Positions 20,807 to 30,501 of a stretch of 64,000 nt of DNA are shown here, piece after piece. The stretch covers positions 5,092 through 69,091 of the forward strand of contig CAJJSS010000006.1 of the NCBI GenBank assembly GCA_905194545.1, in the 5' to 3' direction. Both the position numbers and the translations under genes were made by a program. The notes beneath the pieces are model-generated. The model saw only the letters and a list, made by a program, of their open reading frames with translations. It was not told the origin of the DNA and did not search any database. Source of the DNA: Coriobacteriaceae bacterium. Its GTDB lineage: Bacteria > Actinomycetota > Coriobacteriia > Coriobacteriales > Coriobacteriaceae. The number at the start of each line of letters is the position of its first letter. The stretch's first letter is position 1.

Positions 20807-22144
20807 ATGGACGAGATGTTTGCCATTAAATGTCAAAACTGCGGCGGCCCTATGTACTCGCACCAGGCTAAGCGCAGCTTTGAGTGCGCCTATTGCGGCA
20901 CGGTCGTTCCGTGGCAGGCTGATGCGGGGGAGCCCAAGAGCGCCCTGGGCATTCGCCATACGCCGCTAACGGTGGTGGATGGACTGCTCAAGCTCACGCA
21001 TGTGTCGCAACTCGAGCGCCCGGAGGACCCGGACTGGTATTTCTTCAATTCGCACTGGCGCAATCAGTCAGTTCTGGAACATCTGCTGTGGGAGGATCGC
21101 GGCACGGCGCAGGAGTTCCAAGAGGCCACGCATGTGAGCATTCCTTGCCCCTTCTGTGGTGCGTCCTTTGAGGGCGAGTCGACCCAGCGCGTGTTTGAGT
21201 GCCCGTCCTGCGGCAACAAGATCGGCATTGCCGACCTGCTCAAGCCGGGGACGTTTAGCAAGCGCCTGACCATGGGCGTAGGTGCGGAGTATGTGCCTGA
21301 GCAGGGTATTCCTTGCGAAATCTCGCCGCAGCAGGCATGTGCCAACGCGCTGCAGCTGGTGCGTCAGTATCCCGACGCCTTTGCCGGGCACGATGTAGAA
21401 GATGCGATCCAAAACGACATGATGCTCTTCTATTTCCCCATGGCGCTGGCGGACCTGCGCATGATGGCGAGCTTCCCGGGCAAGGGCCTGAGCAAGGAAA
21501 CCTTGGTGTACTACGAGGTGCTCGACTGGGCATACCCCAGGGCAAACTACCTGGACGTTCGCCTCATGGGCATTTTGGAGCCGTGGGACTTTGCCAAGGT
21601 CGGGCCGTTCGATCCCGCCATGCAGGAAGGCGACTTCCGCGTTGTCTCAGTCGATGCGTCTACCAAGGACCAGGTGGTCATTGATAAGCTGGCGCTCGAC
21701 GTTGCGGGCAACGACGCCGAGGCTGTACTGGGGCTCAATAAAAAGAGCATCCGCACCTGGGCGCGCAAGGCCCGCAAGCATAAGGACGGCCTAGTGATGG
21801 TGCCGGTCTACTTTGTCGATCGTCCGGCGACGGATGGCCGCGATGGCGAGCAGGTGCGCATTGCCGTAAACGGCCAGACGGGTCGTGCGGCCGCGGTGGT
21901 GTTTAGCGACAAGCGCGAAACGCATGTGGTGGCGCCGCTCAACCCGAATGTGGTGCTGTCGAGTGAAAGCACCGTGCACGCCACGCCTATCGAGGTCAAA
22001 TACGTTAAATCGCCGTTCCTATACCAGATCGTGCGCCGTGGAGGCGGCGAGCAACCGCGCCAGGTTGCAGCCGCCGTCGAGGGTTCCTACCGAGAGGAGA
22101 AGCCCAAACGCCGCGGTCTGCTGGGTGCGCTATTTGGGAAGTAG
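20807..22144 (+). CDS. Protein with two zinc ribbons (TFIIB-type ribbon family), function unknown
   Basis: CQNC..CAYC and CPFC..CPSC; C-terminal 'VPVY..AVNGQTG'; AGGAGG RBS. Confidence 0.8.
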   Translation: MDEMFAIKCQNCGGPMYSHQAKRSFECAYCGTVVPWQADAGEPKSALGIRHTPLTVVDGLLKLTHVSQLERPEDPDWYFFNSHWRNQSVLEHLLWEDRGTAQEFQEATHVSIPCPFCGASFEGESTQRVFECPSCGNKIGIADLLKPGTFSKRLTMGVGAEYVPEQGIPCEISPQQACANALQLVRQYPDAFAGHDVEDAIQNDMMLFYFPMALADLRMMASFPGKGLSKETLVYYEVLDWAYPRANYLDVRLMGILEPWDFAKVGPFDPAMQEGDFRVVSVDASTKDQVVIDKLALDVAGNDAEAVLGLNKKSIRTWARKARKHKDGLVMVPVYFVDRPATDGRDGEQVRIAVNGQTGRAAAVVFSDKRETHVVAPLNPNVVLSSESTVHATPIEVKYVKSPFLYQIVRRGGGEQPRQVAAAVEGSYREEKPKRRGLLGALFGK

Positions 22145-22296
22145 GGGAGTAGCACCGGTTGTTGCCGTAAGGTGATGGCCGGGGGTGCGGGGCAGCTCTC
22201 AGGAGTGCGGGCTGCCGTCTGATTGTTTGAGGGTGCCAGATGTAAATAAACAGTGGAGCGGCTGCAAAAGAGCCTCCTCACTGGGTAAAATCAGGT

Positions 22297-22392
22297 TGTG
22301 CCGCGGAACCCGCTTCTCAGCTAGTCACACTTCGGAAGCGCGGGCAACGCAGACGCAAGTGTCTTAAGGGCCGGCTGCAACCGGCCCTTTTC
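22297..22392 (+). ncRNA. Putative standalone structured small RNA (~95 nt)
   Basis: TAAAAT -10 at 22286; bulged stem CCCGCTTC/GAAGCGCGGG; small hairpin; terminator AAGGGCCGG/CCGGCCCTTTT; no convincing ORF. Confidence 0.5.
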
Positions 22393-22569
22393 TGTGGCAG
22401 CCAATGGGCCCACATCAGACGAAGGTCGCGTTTTTGCCTGTCAGGTCACGCTCGCCAGCCACGGCTAGAATGTCGTTGCCGGCGTCCATGACCGGTATTG
22501 TTTCGTAGCGTGCGCCTCAACCGCGGGTGCGCCTGCGACGGCTGCGGTGGTTTCGGTCGCAACGTGCTG

Positions 22570-23619
22570 CTATCCTTGCACTTCGCCATTAGTCGCTTCG
22601 TTGATGGCGCGGTACTCGGCACTCAGCTCGCGCGCCAGCTCTTCCTTGCTTGGAAGATACGGCAGGTATTTGGCGGCAAACACTTGGTCGTTGTCTTCGG
22701 GCAGCGTGTACTCGACGATCGAATCGCTTTTGTCCGCGCAGAGCACGATGCCTATGGGCGGATTGTCGCCTTCGTTCATGAGCTCACGCGTGTAGTAGTT
22801 CACATACATTTGCATCTGGCCCAGGTCCTGATGCGTAAGGTCATCGGTCTTAAGGTCGATGAGCACGAAGCAGCGCATCAGATAGTTGTAAAAAACAAGG
22901 TCAATATAGAAATGGCGCCCATCAAAGGTGATGCGCTTTTGGCGCGCCTCGAAAGCGAAGCCACGGCCAAGCTCCAGCAGGAACTTCTGAAGATGTGTGA
23001 TGAGCGCCTGCTCTAGATCGCTCTCGCGAAACGCAGTATCGTCCGAGAAACCTAAAAACTCCAGTACATATGGATCGCGGATGATATCCTCGGGGCGACG
23101 AGCTGGGGCGCTCTTTTGGATTTCTTGGGTGACAGCCTCCTTGTCTTTGCTGGCAAGTAGGTGCTCGCGGAACATGGTGTTGATCTGGCGTTCGAGCTGG
23201 CGCGTGCTCCAGCGAGAGTCGGCGCATTCGTTCATGTACCAGGTGCGAGCTTCGGGGTCAGGAATGCGTATTAACCTGCGGTAATGTGTCCAGCTCAATT
23301 CGGGACGCAGTGAGTCCCGAATTGGAAATGCAAGATAGAACTGACGCATTTTGCGCAGCTCTCTTGCTTCAAAACCTTTACCAAAATCCTTGGTAAGTCT
23401 GATTGCGAGGGCCTTGAGCAGCGCCTCTCCATACTTGGCGCGCTCCTCTCCGCCCTGCTCATCAACAATGCTCTTGCCGATATCCCAATACGCCTCAACC
23501 ATCGCAAAGTTAACGGCGGTATAGGCCTTGTCGCGAGCGGCGTTGAGAATCGAGGAAACCTGCTTGTAAAAAACTTCTGGCACGATTGCCGATTCTCCAC
23601 GGTTTACCAGTTCGCCCAT
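22570..23619 (-). CDS. DUF1016/YhcG-family PD-(D/E)xK nuclease
   Basis: YWDIG, LSWTHY, WSTRQLERQI, DPYVLEFL, FLLELGRGFAF, IDLVFY..IDLK..GQMQMY. Confidence 0.92.
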   Translation of the reverse strand: MGELVNRGESAIVPEVFYKQVSSILNAARDKAYTAVNFAMVEAYWDIGKSIVDEQGGEERAKYGEALLKALAIRLTKDFGKGFEARELRKMRQFYLAFPIRDSLRPELSWTHYRRLIRIPDPEARTWYMNECADSRWSTRQLERQINTMFREHLLASKDKEAVTQEIQKSAPARRPEDIIRDPYVLEFLGFSDDTAFRESDLEQALITHLQKFLLELGRGFAFEARQKRITFDGRHFYIDLVFYNYLMRCFVLIDLKTDDLTHQDLGQMQMYVNYYTRELMNEGDNPPIGIVLCADKSDSIVEYTLPEDNDQVFAAKYLPYLPSKEELARELSAEYRAINEATNGEVQG

Positions 23620-23787
23620 CACTGTCGCCCCACTTTCCTCTTGTGGAATGCATCTTTATCGCATTTAGTTTAAAGCCTCGCGCGGACACGAATTGCTGTG
23701 CTGTCTGGCACCTTCGCATGGGAGCCTTGCGGTGACTAAAATGTGGCCATAGAGGCAGTTTTAGCGAACCCCGCGGGAGTGACACGC

Positions 23788-24057
23788 ATGGATAACAACA
23801 CTTTGCTGTTCCAGGACAAAGGTTCGGGTAGGTTTAAAGACGTTAAGGTCTACCCCAACCGTATTGAGGTGCTCAAGAAGGGCGCTTTTGGTGGCAAGCA
23901 CACCGAGATTGTCTATCTTAAGGACATTACGGGGGTCAACAGGATCAAGGGCCGCGATGTTTTTCTGCGTAACAGGCTGTTGACTGCTTGTGTTTTTAGC
24001 CTGAGCAGCCGTGCGAAGGCCCAGGAGTTTGTTAACGCGCTGAACATGGTGATGTAG
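23788..24057 (+). CDS. Small hypothetical protein (possibly PH-like fold)
   Basis: GGAG RBS; 89 aa, beta-rich with C-terminal helix. Confidence 0.65.
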   Translation: MDNNTLLFQDKGSGRFKDVKVYPNRIEVLKKGAFGGKHTEIVYLKDITGVNRIKGRDVFLRNRLLTACVFSLSSRAKAQEFVNALNMVM

Positions 24058-24151
24058 CCTATGGCGGCGTTTGGGCCAAGGTAAAAATCGGGGGCACAGA
24101 ACGGTGTCCTGCGCCCCCCATTGAGTCGATGTGTCTAAAAGGCCGGCTTGC

Positions 24152-26626
24152 CTATTCGCTACCGTCCCCAGCGTTTTCGCGGTCGTTGGCAAGCATTGCC
24201 GCGCCGGCGACCGTTGTCGCTACGGCGGCGGCAGCGAGCCCGGCGGCAATGCCGGAGCCGTCGCCCGTGTCGGCGAGTTTTCCGCCCGAGTTCTTGCCCT
24301 TGTTGCCCTTACCGTTCTTATCAGCGCTGCCTGCGTTGGAACCCGTGCCACCGTCGGTGCCGGTGCCGCCTGCACTGCTCGAGGCCGCTACGGTAAAGCT
24401 CGCGGCTCCGTCATTAGCAAGCTTGTAGTTTTGCGCCGCGTCGCCCAAAAGACCGTTCGCGCGCACCCAGTACGTTCCCGCGGTAAATGCCTCGCCCTCG
24501 ACCATTGCCGTGCCCGGAGCGCCGTCCGCGTCGTGCACAAACTCGAGCTGAGCCGTGCAGGCATCGTTTTCGAGTTTGCCCTCGAGCAGCGCCGCGACCT
24601 TTGTGCGCACATCCTCGCCGGCCTTAAGGCCTTCGAGCCCCTCAAAGTGGGGTGTCAGTGCGCGCGGATCGATATCGATGGGCACGGATCCCTGCAGCCC
24701 CGTAACGGTCTCGTTGCCCAAGGCGTCGACATCCACGTATTCGATGGTAAACGCATGGCCCGAAGCCGCCACGTTGAGTACGTTGCTGCTGTCGACAAGG
24801 CGAAAATGGCCCTCGCCAACGGTCTTGCCATCCTGGAGCGAGGCATCGCTCAGCGAGTCGCCGTACGTCATGCGCATGCGGGTCGGGAGGCAGCACGAAG
24901 CCGACTGCGTGTGCTTCGTATCGTAATTGTAATTGCGCTGGTAGATGCTCCGGGCCAGCGCCGCATCAACAAAGTCGGATGCGATGATGCCAATGTGCTT
25001 GAGGTAATCTGACTTTGTATCCTCGGTGCCGCTGGGATTGATGTACGGGCTCTTGTACAGATGCTCGTTGACTACTCGTGCCGAGGTAAAAGGATTGCCT
25101 CCGTGCGACAAGCCCGTGCAGCTGGTGTAGTTGATAGACCAGCAACGCTCCTGGACTTGCACCTCGGCCCCGGCATCGTCCACGACGTCCACCTTGTTGC
25201 ACGTGCGCCCGGTCGTTTCCTTCAGCGCATTATCGACCCAGCTGAGCTTGTCGGTTCCCGTGAGTTTGTACTTGTCCTGGGCATATACCTTGGTGCAATA
25301 GGGCTCTTCATTGCCCGTTTCCCCTATGGCTTCAAATCCCCGCGCGTCTTGGACGAGACACATCGACTGCCCGGAATGCGCCTTGATCTTGTCATCCCAT
25401 TGGGTGAGGTCGAGGCCCCACGTGTGGCCGCTTACGCTGTTGCCGGCGAGCCCAAATCGACGCAGCAGGACGATCTTTCCGCGCACCTCGCCCAGCGTGG
25501 GGACGTGGCTCGACGTGTAGAACAGGTTGGGGTTATCGGCCATAACCTTGGCGAAGGCCGTCGTTATGCTTTCGTCGGTAGCCTCATCGTTGCCGCGCGA
25601 TGCGAGCATGATGAGCGCTTCTGACGGGTTTTCGTTCAAAAACGTTTTGAAGTACCCGATGACATCGGAGAGATGCAGATAGTTCCCGTCTTTTTTGAGT
25701 AGGTAGAAAATCCCGTGGTCGATGCCGGGGTCATCGCCCTTTCCGAGCCGGATATCAAAATAGCGAATGCCTTCGAGCAACTGCGTGGGAATGTAATCCT
25801 GCTGGCATTTTACTTGCGAGGATTGGGGCTCAGTGTCGTTGTCCACGCTGCAGGTGCCCGAATCGTGCGTACCCGGGATGCTCAGCTCGTCGAGGAACTT
25901 GTTGTCGTCGACGTATTTCATCCAACATGGTCCGTCGACGTAGCTGCTGTACGTGATCCAGTCGAGGCTGCTAACCGTGGCATCGTTCTTTTTCATGTCG
26001 TAACCGACAAGTTCGAGCTCCCACGGAATGCTCTTCCTCTTGTGGCAGATCTTGTTGTTGTCTTGGTCTTTGCCGTCCTTTTCTATGGCCAGGTAATTAA
26101 TGTCTTTTTTCTCGTTTGTGCGGTCTCGGATGATGTAGGTTCCGTTTTGCTGGCGATCGAACGCAAAAGAGCGGCTGGGCTTGTCGTCATGCTCGCCACT
26201 CCATACGTGGATGACCTTTCCATCTTTGTCCGAGTCGCCATCGACCGACCAAATGCTGTAGCCCGTCTTCTTGTGCTCTTCGAAATTGAGCAGGGTGCGG
26301 ATGGCATACCAATTTCTATTATCTGTATCGGTCGCCACGTGCTCGAGGATGAGCTTGTTGGACGTGCCGTCATTAAACAGGTGGCAGACGTTGCCGATGA
26401 CGTTGCCGTCTTCGTTGACGCTCGCGGTGCGAAAATAGCCCGCGGGGCGAAGGCGAATGACGAACTTGTCGAGGGTGGCCGCCGGTGTGGGCGTGTCTTC
26501 TGCAAATGCCGCGCGCATGGGAAGGCCCAATCCCGCGGTTTCGGGCAGGCTTACAAATGGCGACAATGCTGCGAGTCCAAGGCCCAGCGTAAACGCTCGG
26601 CGACTGATTGCGTGGTGTTCGGTCAT
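24152..26626 (-). CDS. Exported phosphatidylinositol-specific phospholipase C-family protein with N-terminal lectin-like region and sortase-like C-terminus
   Basis: LSIPGTHDS, QLLEGIRYFDIR, FLNENPSE, PTLGEVRGKIVL (PI-PLC X domain); SRRAF signal; LADTG + hydrophobic stretch. Confidence 0.85.
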   Translation of the reverse strand: MTEHHAISRRAFTLGLGLAALSPFVSLPETAGLGLPMRAAFAEDTPTPAATLDKFVIRLRPAGYFRTASVNEDGNVIGNVCHLFNDGTSNKLILEHVATDTDNRNWYAIRTLLNFEEHKKTGYSIWSVDGDSDKDGKVIHVWSGEHDDKPSRSFAFDRQQNGTYIIRDRTNEKKDINYLAIEKDGKDQDNNKICHKRKSIPWELELVGYDMKKNDATVSSLDWITYSSYVDGPCWMKYVDDNKFLDELSIPGTHDSGTCSVDNDTEPQSSQVKCQQDYIPTQLLEGIRYFDIRLGKGDDPGIDHGIFYLLKKDGNYLHLSDVIGYFKTFLNENPSEALIMLASRGNDEATDESITTAFAKVMADNPNLFYTSSHVPTLGEVRGKIVLLRRFGLAGNSVSGHTWGLDLTQWDDKIKAHSGQSMCLVQDARGFEAIGETGNEEPYCTKVYAQDKYKLTGTDKLSWVDNALKETTGRTCNKVDVVDDAGAEVQVQERCWSINYTSCTGLSHGGNPFTSARVVNEHLYKSPYINPSGTEDTKSDYLKHIGIIASDFVDAALARSIYQRNYNYDTKHTQSASCCLPTRMRMTYGDSLSDASLQDGKTVGEGHFRLVDSSNVLNVAASGHAFTIEYVDVDALGNETVTGLQGSVPIDIDPRALTPHFEGLEGLKAGEDVRTKVAALLEGKLENDACTAQLEFVHDADGAPGTAMVEGEAFTAGTYWVRANGLLGDAAQNYKLANDGAASFTVAASSSAGGTGTDGGTGSNAGSADKNGKGNKGKNSGGKLADTGDGSGIAAGLAAAAVATTVAGAAMLANDRENAGDGSE

Positions 26627-26826
26627 AACTCCTCCGTTCGCAGGGTGCGGCTGTGCGCTCGTTTTGGTCAATATACTGCCCAGATGTTTAAAGACGCCGG
26701 TTTAATTGTCTGCGCGGCGCAATAAATCGGCGGGCGGACGTGTTGGGGTACTTGCTGTTTTCGTATTGTTGTCACATTTGGGTGGTTCCGGCGTCCGGCA
26801 CCCTCGCGTTCGCCGGCTATCGGCAT

Positions 26827-26860
26827 AAGAAAGGGAGGGCCGGCGAGCCGGTCCTCCCTT
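26827..26860 (-). terminator. Intrinsic terminator downstream of lipoprotein gene
   Basis: AAGGGAGGGCCGGC/GCCGGTCCTCCCTT stem; A-rich left flank gives a U-rich tail on the minus strand. Confidence 0.7.
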
Positions 26861-26930
26861 AGTACGAAGCGCTGGGGCACCGCCGCTTATTAGCACTGCG
26901 CTCGTGTTTCCCGTTGCGCTCGCCAGTCGC

Positions 26931-27524
26931 TTAGCGCTTGATCTTGATATCCTCGAGCTTGACGTCCATGGCCTCGGTCTTGGCCTTGGCGATATCATCG
27001 GCAAATTCCAGGGACTTCATCATGGTCTCGACGGCGTCCTTGTGCTCCTCGACGTTGTCGATGCGCACGTAAACGCTGCCGCCTTCAACGTCGGTAAAGC
27101 ACTCGGTCGTTACGCCGCCCGAGTGCGTAAAGTAAGCACTGCGCCAGGTCTTGCCGTTGTATTTAACGGGGTCGCTCTCGGTCCATCCGGAGTTGGCCTT
27201 CCACTTTGCCTCGTAGTCGAACAGTTCGTCGGCGTTCTTATCGGGGTCGAAGATGGGTATGAAGCGGTCGCTCGCATGCTCGCTCTCGGTGAACTTAAAC
27301 TGGGCCCTGTCGGCGGTGTTGCCGGCAACGTCGGTGATCTCGACGCCCTCGGGAACCTCGACCTTAAACCAAATGAAGTCGGTCCTCATATCCACGGCTG
27401 GCTTTTCTGCTCCGCCGCCACCGCCACTGCCGGTAGCGCCACCGCTGCCACCGCAGCCCACCAGGGCAACTGCGGCAAAGAGACTGATGCAGAGGGTGAG
27501 AATCGCAAAGGCCTTCTTTTTCAT
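26931..27524 (-). CDS. Lipoprotein of unknown function (paralog 1)
   Basis: MKKK..AVALVGC lipobox, Gly linker; GGAGG RBS. Confidence 0.85.
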   Translation of the reverse strand: MKKKAFAILTLCISLFAAVALVGCGGSGGATGSGGGGGAEKPAVDMRTDFIWFKVEVPEGVEITDVAGNTADRAQFKFTESEHASDRFIPIFDPDKNADELFDYEAKWKANSGWTESDPVKYNGKTWRSAYFTHSGGVTTECFTDVEGGSVYVRIDNVEEHKDAVETMMKSLEFADDIAKAKTEAMDVKLEDIKIKR

Positions 27525-27765
27525 GGTCGTGTCCTCCTCGATCTGTAATCGCCCATGGATTACCTGTCTTTACTGTACGCGCGAGCGGCTCGTTCGGGTG
27601 GGCCATGTGTCCCATTCTGGGGGCAGGATTTGCGCCGACAAGTGGCAATATACGCGGGCACAAAAGAGGGGAGGGCCGATGTCGTCGGCCCTTCCCGGGT
27701 TGGGCGCCCGTTGTTTTAATGGAGCGCATGTGCGCGGGTGCGCATAGGCACGTGCGGGTGCCCCG

Positions 27766-28365
27766 TTACTTGATCTCGATGCTCGAAATCTCGACTTCGC
27801 GTGCCTCGTCAACTGCTTTCTTCATGTCGTCGGGGAACTCGATGGAGTTGAGGAGTGTCTCGGCTTCTTTCTTGTGCTGGTCGAAGTTCGAGATGAGGAC
27901 GTAGGCGCTTCCCGGCTCAACGTCGGTAAAAAGCATGGTTGAGATGCCGCTGTTGTCCTCGTATGTTCCGACGAGCTACGTCCTGCCGTTATACTCGACG
28001 GACCCGCCATCCTTCCACTGGAACGTATCCCCCTTCTTTTCTGCCTGGTCGGCGTGGGACTCCTCGGCCGTCAGCGCTTTTTTCCAAACGGGGATAAAGC
28101 GATCGGCCGAGGCGTTCTCGTCTTCGGGGAAGGTGAGCTGAACCCTGTCGGCATTCTTGCCGGCGGAGTCGCTTACGCCGACACCCTCGGGCATCTCGAC
28201 CTTAAACCAGATAAAGTCGGTCTTCTTGGCGACGGGGGCCTTTTCCTTGCTCTCGCTCTTGGGGGCGCTGCCGCCGCCCGATGCGCTCCCGCCGCAGCCG
28301 ACAAGGGCGAGCGCGGCAAAGAGGGCGATGCAAAGGGAAAGGATTGATAGGGTCTTTTTCATCAT
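27766..28365 (-). pseudogene. Lipoprotein paralog 2 interrupted by in-frame TAG (27976-27978)
   Basis: YNGRT*LVGTY..FTDVEPGSAYV..EIK aligns in frame with paralog 1 YNGKTWRS..FTDVEGGSVYV..KIKR. Confidence 0.85.
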
Positions 28366-28744
28366 GGTGGCGTCCTCCTTGTCTGCTGATGACATCACGG
28401 CGCCGCATGCTGTTGGGGTACTGATTGCGCTGGCGGCGGATGTCTCTGTGTACTGTGCGACTTATGCCTCCGTTCATCGCTTGTGGCCGTTGCGCGGCCG
28501 TTTCCCAACGGGTTCCTTACTTATAGATATGCCCCAGCTTGTGCTGCTCGGGAGTCTCGAAAGGTGGGCCATGTGTCCCATGTTTGCGTTGACATGGCCT
28601 ATCGTGTGCCATAGAAATCCGCGATGGCCAGGTGCGCTGACGCTCGCGTACTTATGGGCTAGACTTAGCACCATTACGTGATCGATGCGGTCGGCCGACG
28701 TCGGCCGCCCGACCGATATATATGACTTGAAGGTGCGTGTGCGT

Positions 28745-29377
28745 ATGAGCCAAGAGATGATGGATAAAACCTGTCGCGGTTTTGCCGAGGCGCTGGCCGC
28801 GCGCGAGCCAGTTCCCGGTGGTGGCAGCGCGAGCGCTTTTGTGGGCGCGCTGGGCGCCTCGCTGTGCGGAATGGTTGCCCGCTACGGTGCGACCAATCCC
28901 GCGCTTGCTGATCGTGCGGATGACCTGACGCGTGCGTTTGCCCAGGCAGACGAGTTGGCGCAGGAACTAGTGGGCCTGGTTGCCGAGGATGTGCGTGCGT
29001 ACGGCCAGGTGTCTGCGGCATACGGTATTCCGCGCGAGGACCCGGCTCGACCGGCTGCGATTCAGGACGCGTTGCACGTGGCGGCCATGCCGCCGTATCG
29101 GATCATGGATGCCTGCGGGCGCGCGCTGGCGCTGCTCGAGGACATGGCAGACAAAGGCTCGCGCCAGTTGCTGTCCGACGTGGCGTGCGGTGCCGTATTC
29201 TGCCGCGCTGCCATGCAGGGCGCGAGCCTGACGCTCTTTGCCAACACCACATCTATGAAAGACCGGGCGCGCGCCGAGGAACTCGAGGCGGCGTGCGATG
29301 AGCTGCTGGATACGTGGCTGCCGCGCGCTGATGCGCTGGCGCGCCGCGCCGCCGATGCCGCGAGGAAGAGGGGGTAG
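28745..29377 (+). CDS. fchA: Methenyl-THF cyclohydrolase (cyclodeaminase/cyclohydrolase family)
   Basis: PVPGGGSASA.VGALG, ED..AY, LLSD; 2 nt upstream of folD. Confidence 0.85.
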   Translation: MSQEMMDKTCRGFAEALAAREPVPGGGSASAFVGALGASLCGMVARYGATNPALADRADDLTRAFAQADELAQELVGLVAEDVRAYGQVSAAYGIPREDPARPAAIQDALHVAAMPPYRIMDACGRALALLEDMADKGSRQLLSDVACGAVFCRAAMQGASLTLFANTTSMKDRARAEELEAACDELLDTWLPRADALARRAADAARKRG

Positions 29378-29379
29378 CC

Positions 29380-30234
29380 ATGGCAGAGCTGCTCAAGGGT
29401 GCTCCCGTTGCCCGTGCTTTGACCGAGGAGCTCGCCGCTCGCTGCACGGCTTTGCGCGAGCGCGGCGTTGTGCCGACGCTGGCCATCGTTCGCGTGGGCG
29501 AGCGCGAGGACGATCTATCCTACGAGCGCGGCGCCCTCAAGCGCTGCGAGAAGGTTGGCATCGAGGCTCGCCGCATTTTGCTTCCCGCCGATGTTTCGCA
29601 GGACGAGCTGCTGGCGGCTATTAAGGACATCAATGCTGACCCCGCTGTTCACGGCTGCCTGATGTTTCGCCCGCTTCCCGCTGGACTTGACGAGGATGCG
29701 GTTGCCGCGGCGCTCGATCCCGCCAAGGACGTCGACTCCATGACGCCGGCCTCGCTGCTTACCACGCTTTCGGGTCGTGGCGAGGGCTTTGCTCCCTGCA
29801 CGGCTGAGGCCGTGTTGGCGTTGCTGGACCATTACGGTGTTGAGCTGGATGGAGCTAAAGTTGCCGTTGTTGGTCGCTCGCTGGTAATTGGCCGTCCCGT
29901 TGCCGCCATGCTTACGGCTCGCAATGCCACGGTGACGACGTGCCATACGCATACGCGTGACCTAGCTGCCGAGTGCTGTTCTGCCGACATTGTTGTTGCC
30001 GCGGTTGGACGCGCGCGCACGATTGGCGCGGATGCGGTTCGCGAGGGCCAGACGATCATCGATGTTGGCATTAATTGGGACGAGGCTGCCGGAAAACTGG
30101 TCGGCGACGTGGATTTTGATGCTGCGGAACCGATCGTTGGCGCCATCACACCCGTGCCGGGCGGCGTGGGGGCTGTGACCACCGCAATTCTCGCCAAACA
30201 CGTGATTGAGGCGGCGGAGCGCGCATCGAAATAG
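29380..30234 (+). CDS. folD: Methylene-THF dehydrogenase FolD (probably monofunctional)
   Basis: KDVD, PCTA, GRS..GRP, IDVGIN, GDVDF, TPVPGGVG. Confidence 0.93.
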   Translation: MAELLKGAPVARALTEELAARCTALRERGVVPTLAIVRVGEREDDLSYERGALKRCEKVGIEARRILLPADVSQDELLAAIKDINADPAVHGCLMFRPLPAGLDEDAVAAALDPAKDVDSMTPASLLTTLSGRGEGFAPCTAEAVLALLDHYGVELDGAKVAVVGRSLVIGRPVAAMLTARNATVTTCHTHTRDLAAECCSADIVVAAVGRARTIGADAVREGQTIIDVGINWDEAAGKLVGDVDFDAAEPIVGAITPVPGGVGAVTTAILAKHVIEAAERASK

Positions 30235-30271
30235 GCGTTTTGGGCTGTTTGAGGGGTTAGCCATATACCAC

Positions 30272-30501
30272 GTGGTCAAAAAGCGCCAAATATGAGTACT
30301 GTTGCCATGATAGTCACATATGTTTTACGTCTTTTGGGTTTCCTAACGATATTCATTCTCGTTAGGAAACCCATTTTATTGAACCTATGGGGAATAACGC
30401 TGTCTCGCTTTTGGACAAATAGGGATCTTCAGCACTCATTACAAGTAAATTTGCTGCTACTAAATTGGTGACAGTACTCATATTTGGCATTTTTTGACCA
30501 C
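30272..30501. mobile_element. MITE-like AT-rich 230-bp element with ~36-bp terminal inverted repeats
   Basis: Left end GTGGTCAAAAAGCGCCAAATATGAGTACTGTTGCCA vs right-end reverse complement GTGGTCAAAAAATGCCAAATATGAGTACTGTCACCA (32/36 match). Confidence 0.6.

Noticed and set aside
22185..22367. 60-aa ORF across the putative sRNA
   Set aside because: Weak start, no recognisable protein features, and it spans a promoter-like element
27976..27978. TAG as a pyrrolysine or recoding site
   Set aside because: It aligns with a Trp codon one transition away, and no pyl genes are in the window
28400..28744. ZTP or THF riboswitch upstream of fchA-folD (and of fhs)
   Set aside because: The conserved aptamer nucleotides were not recognisable
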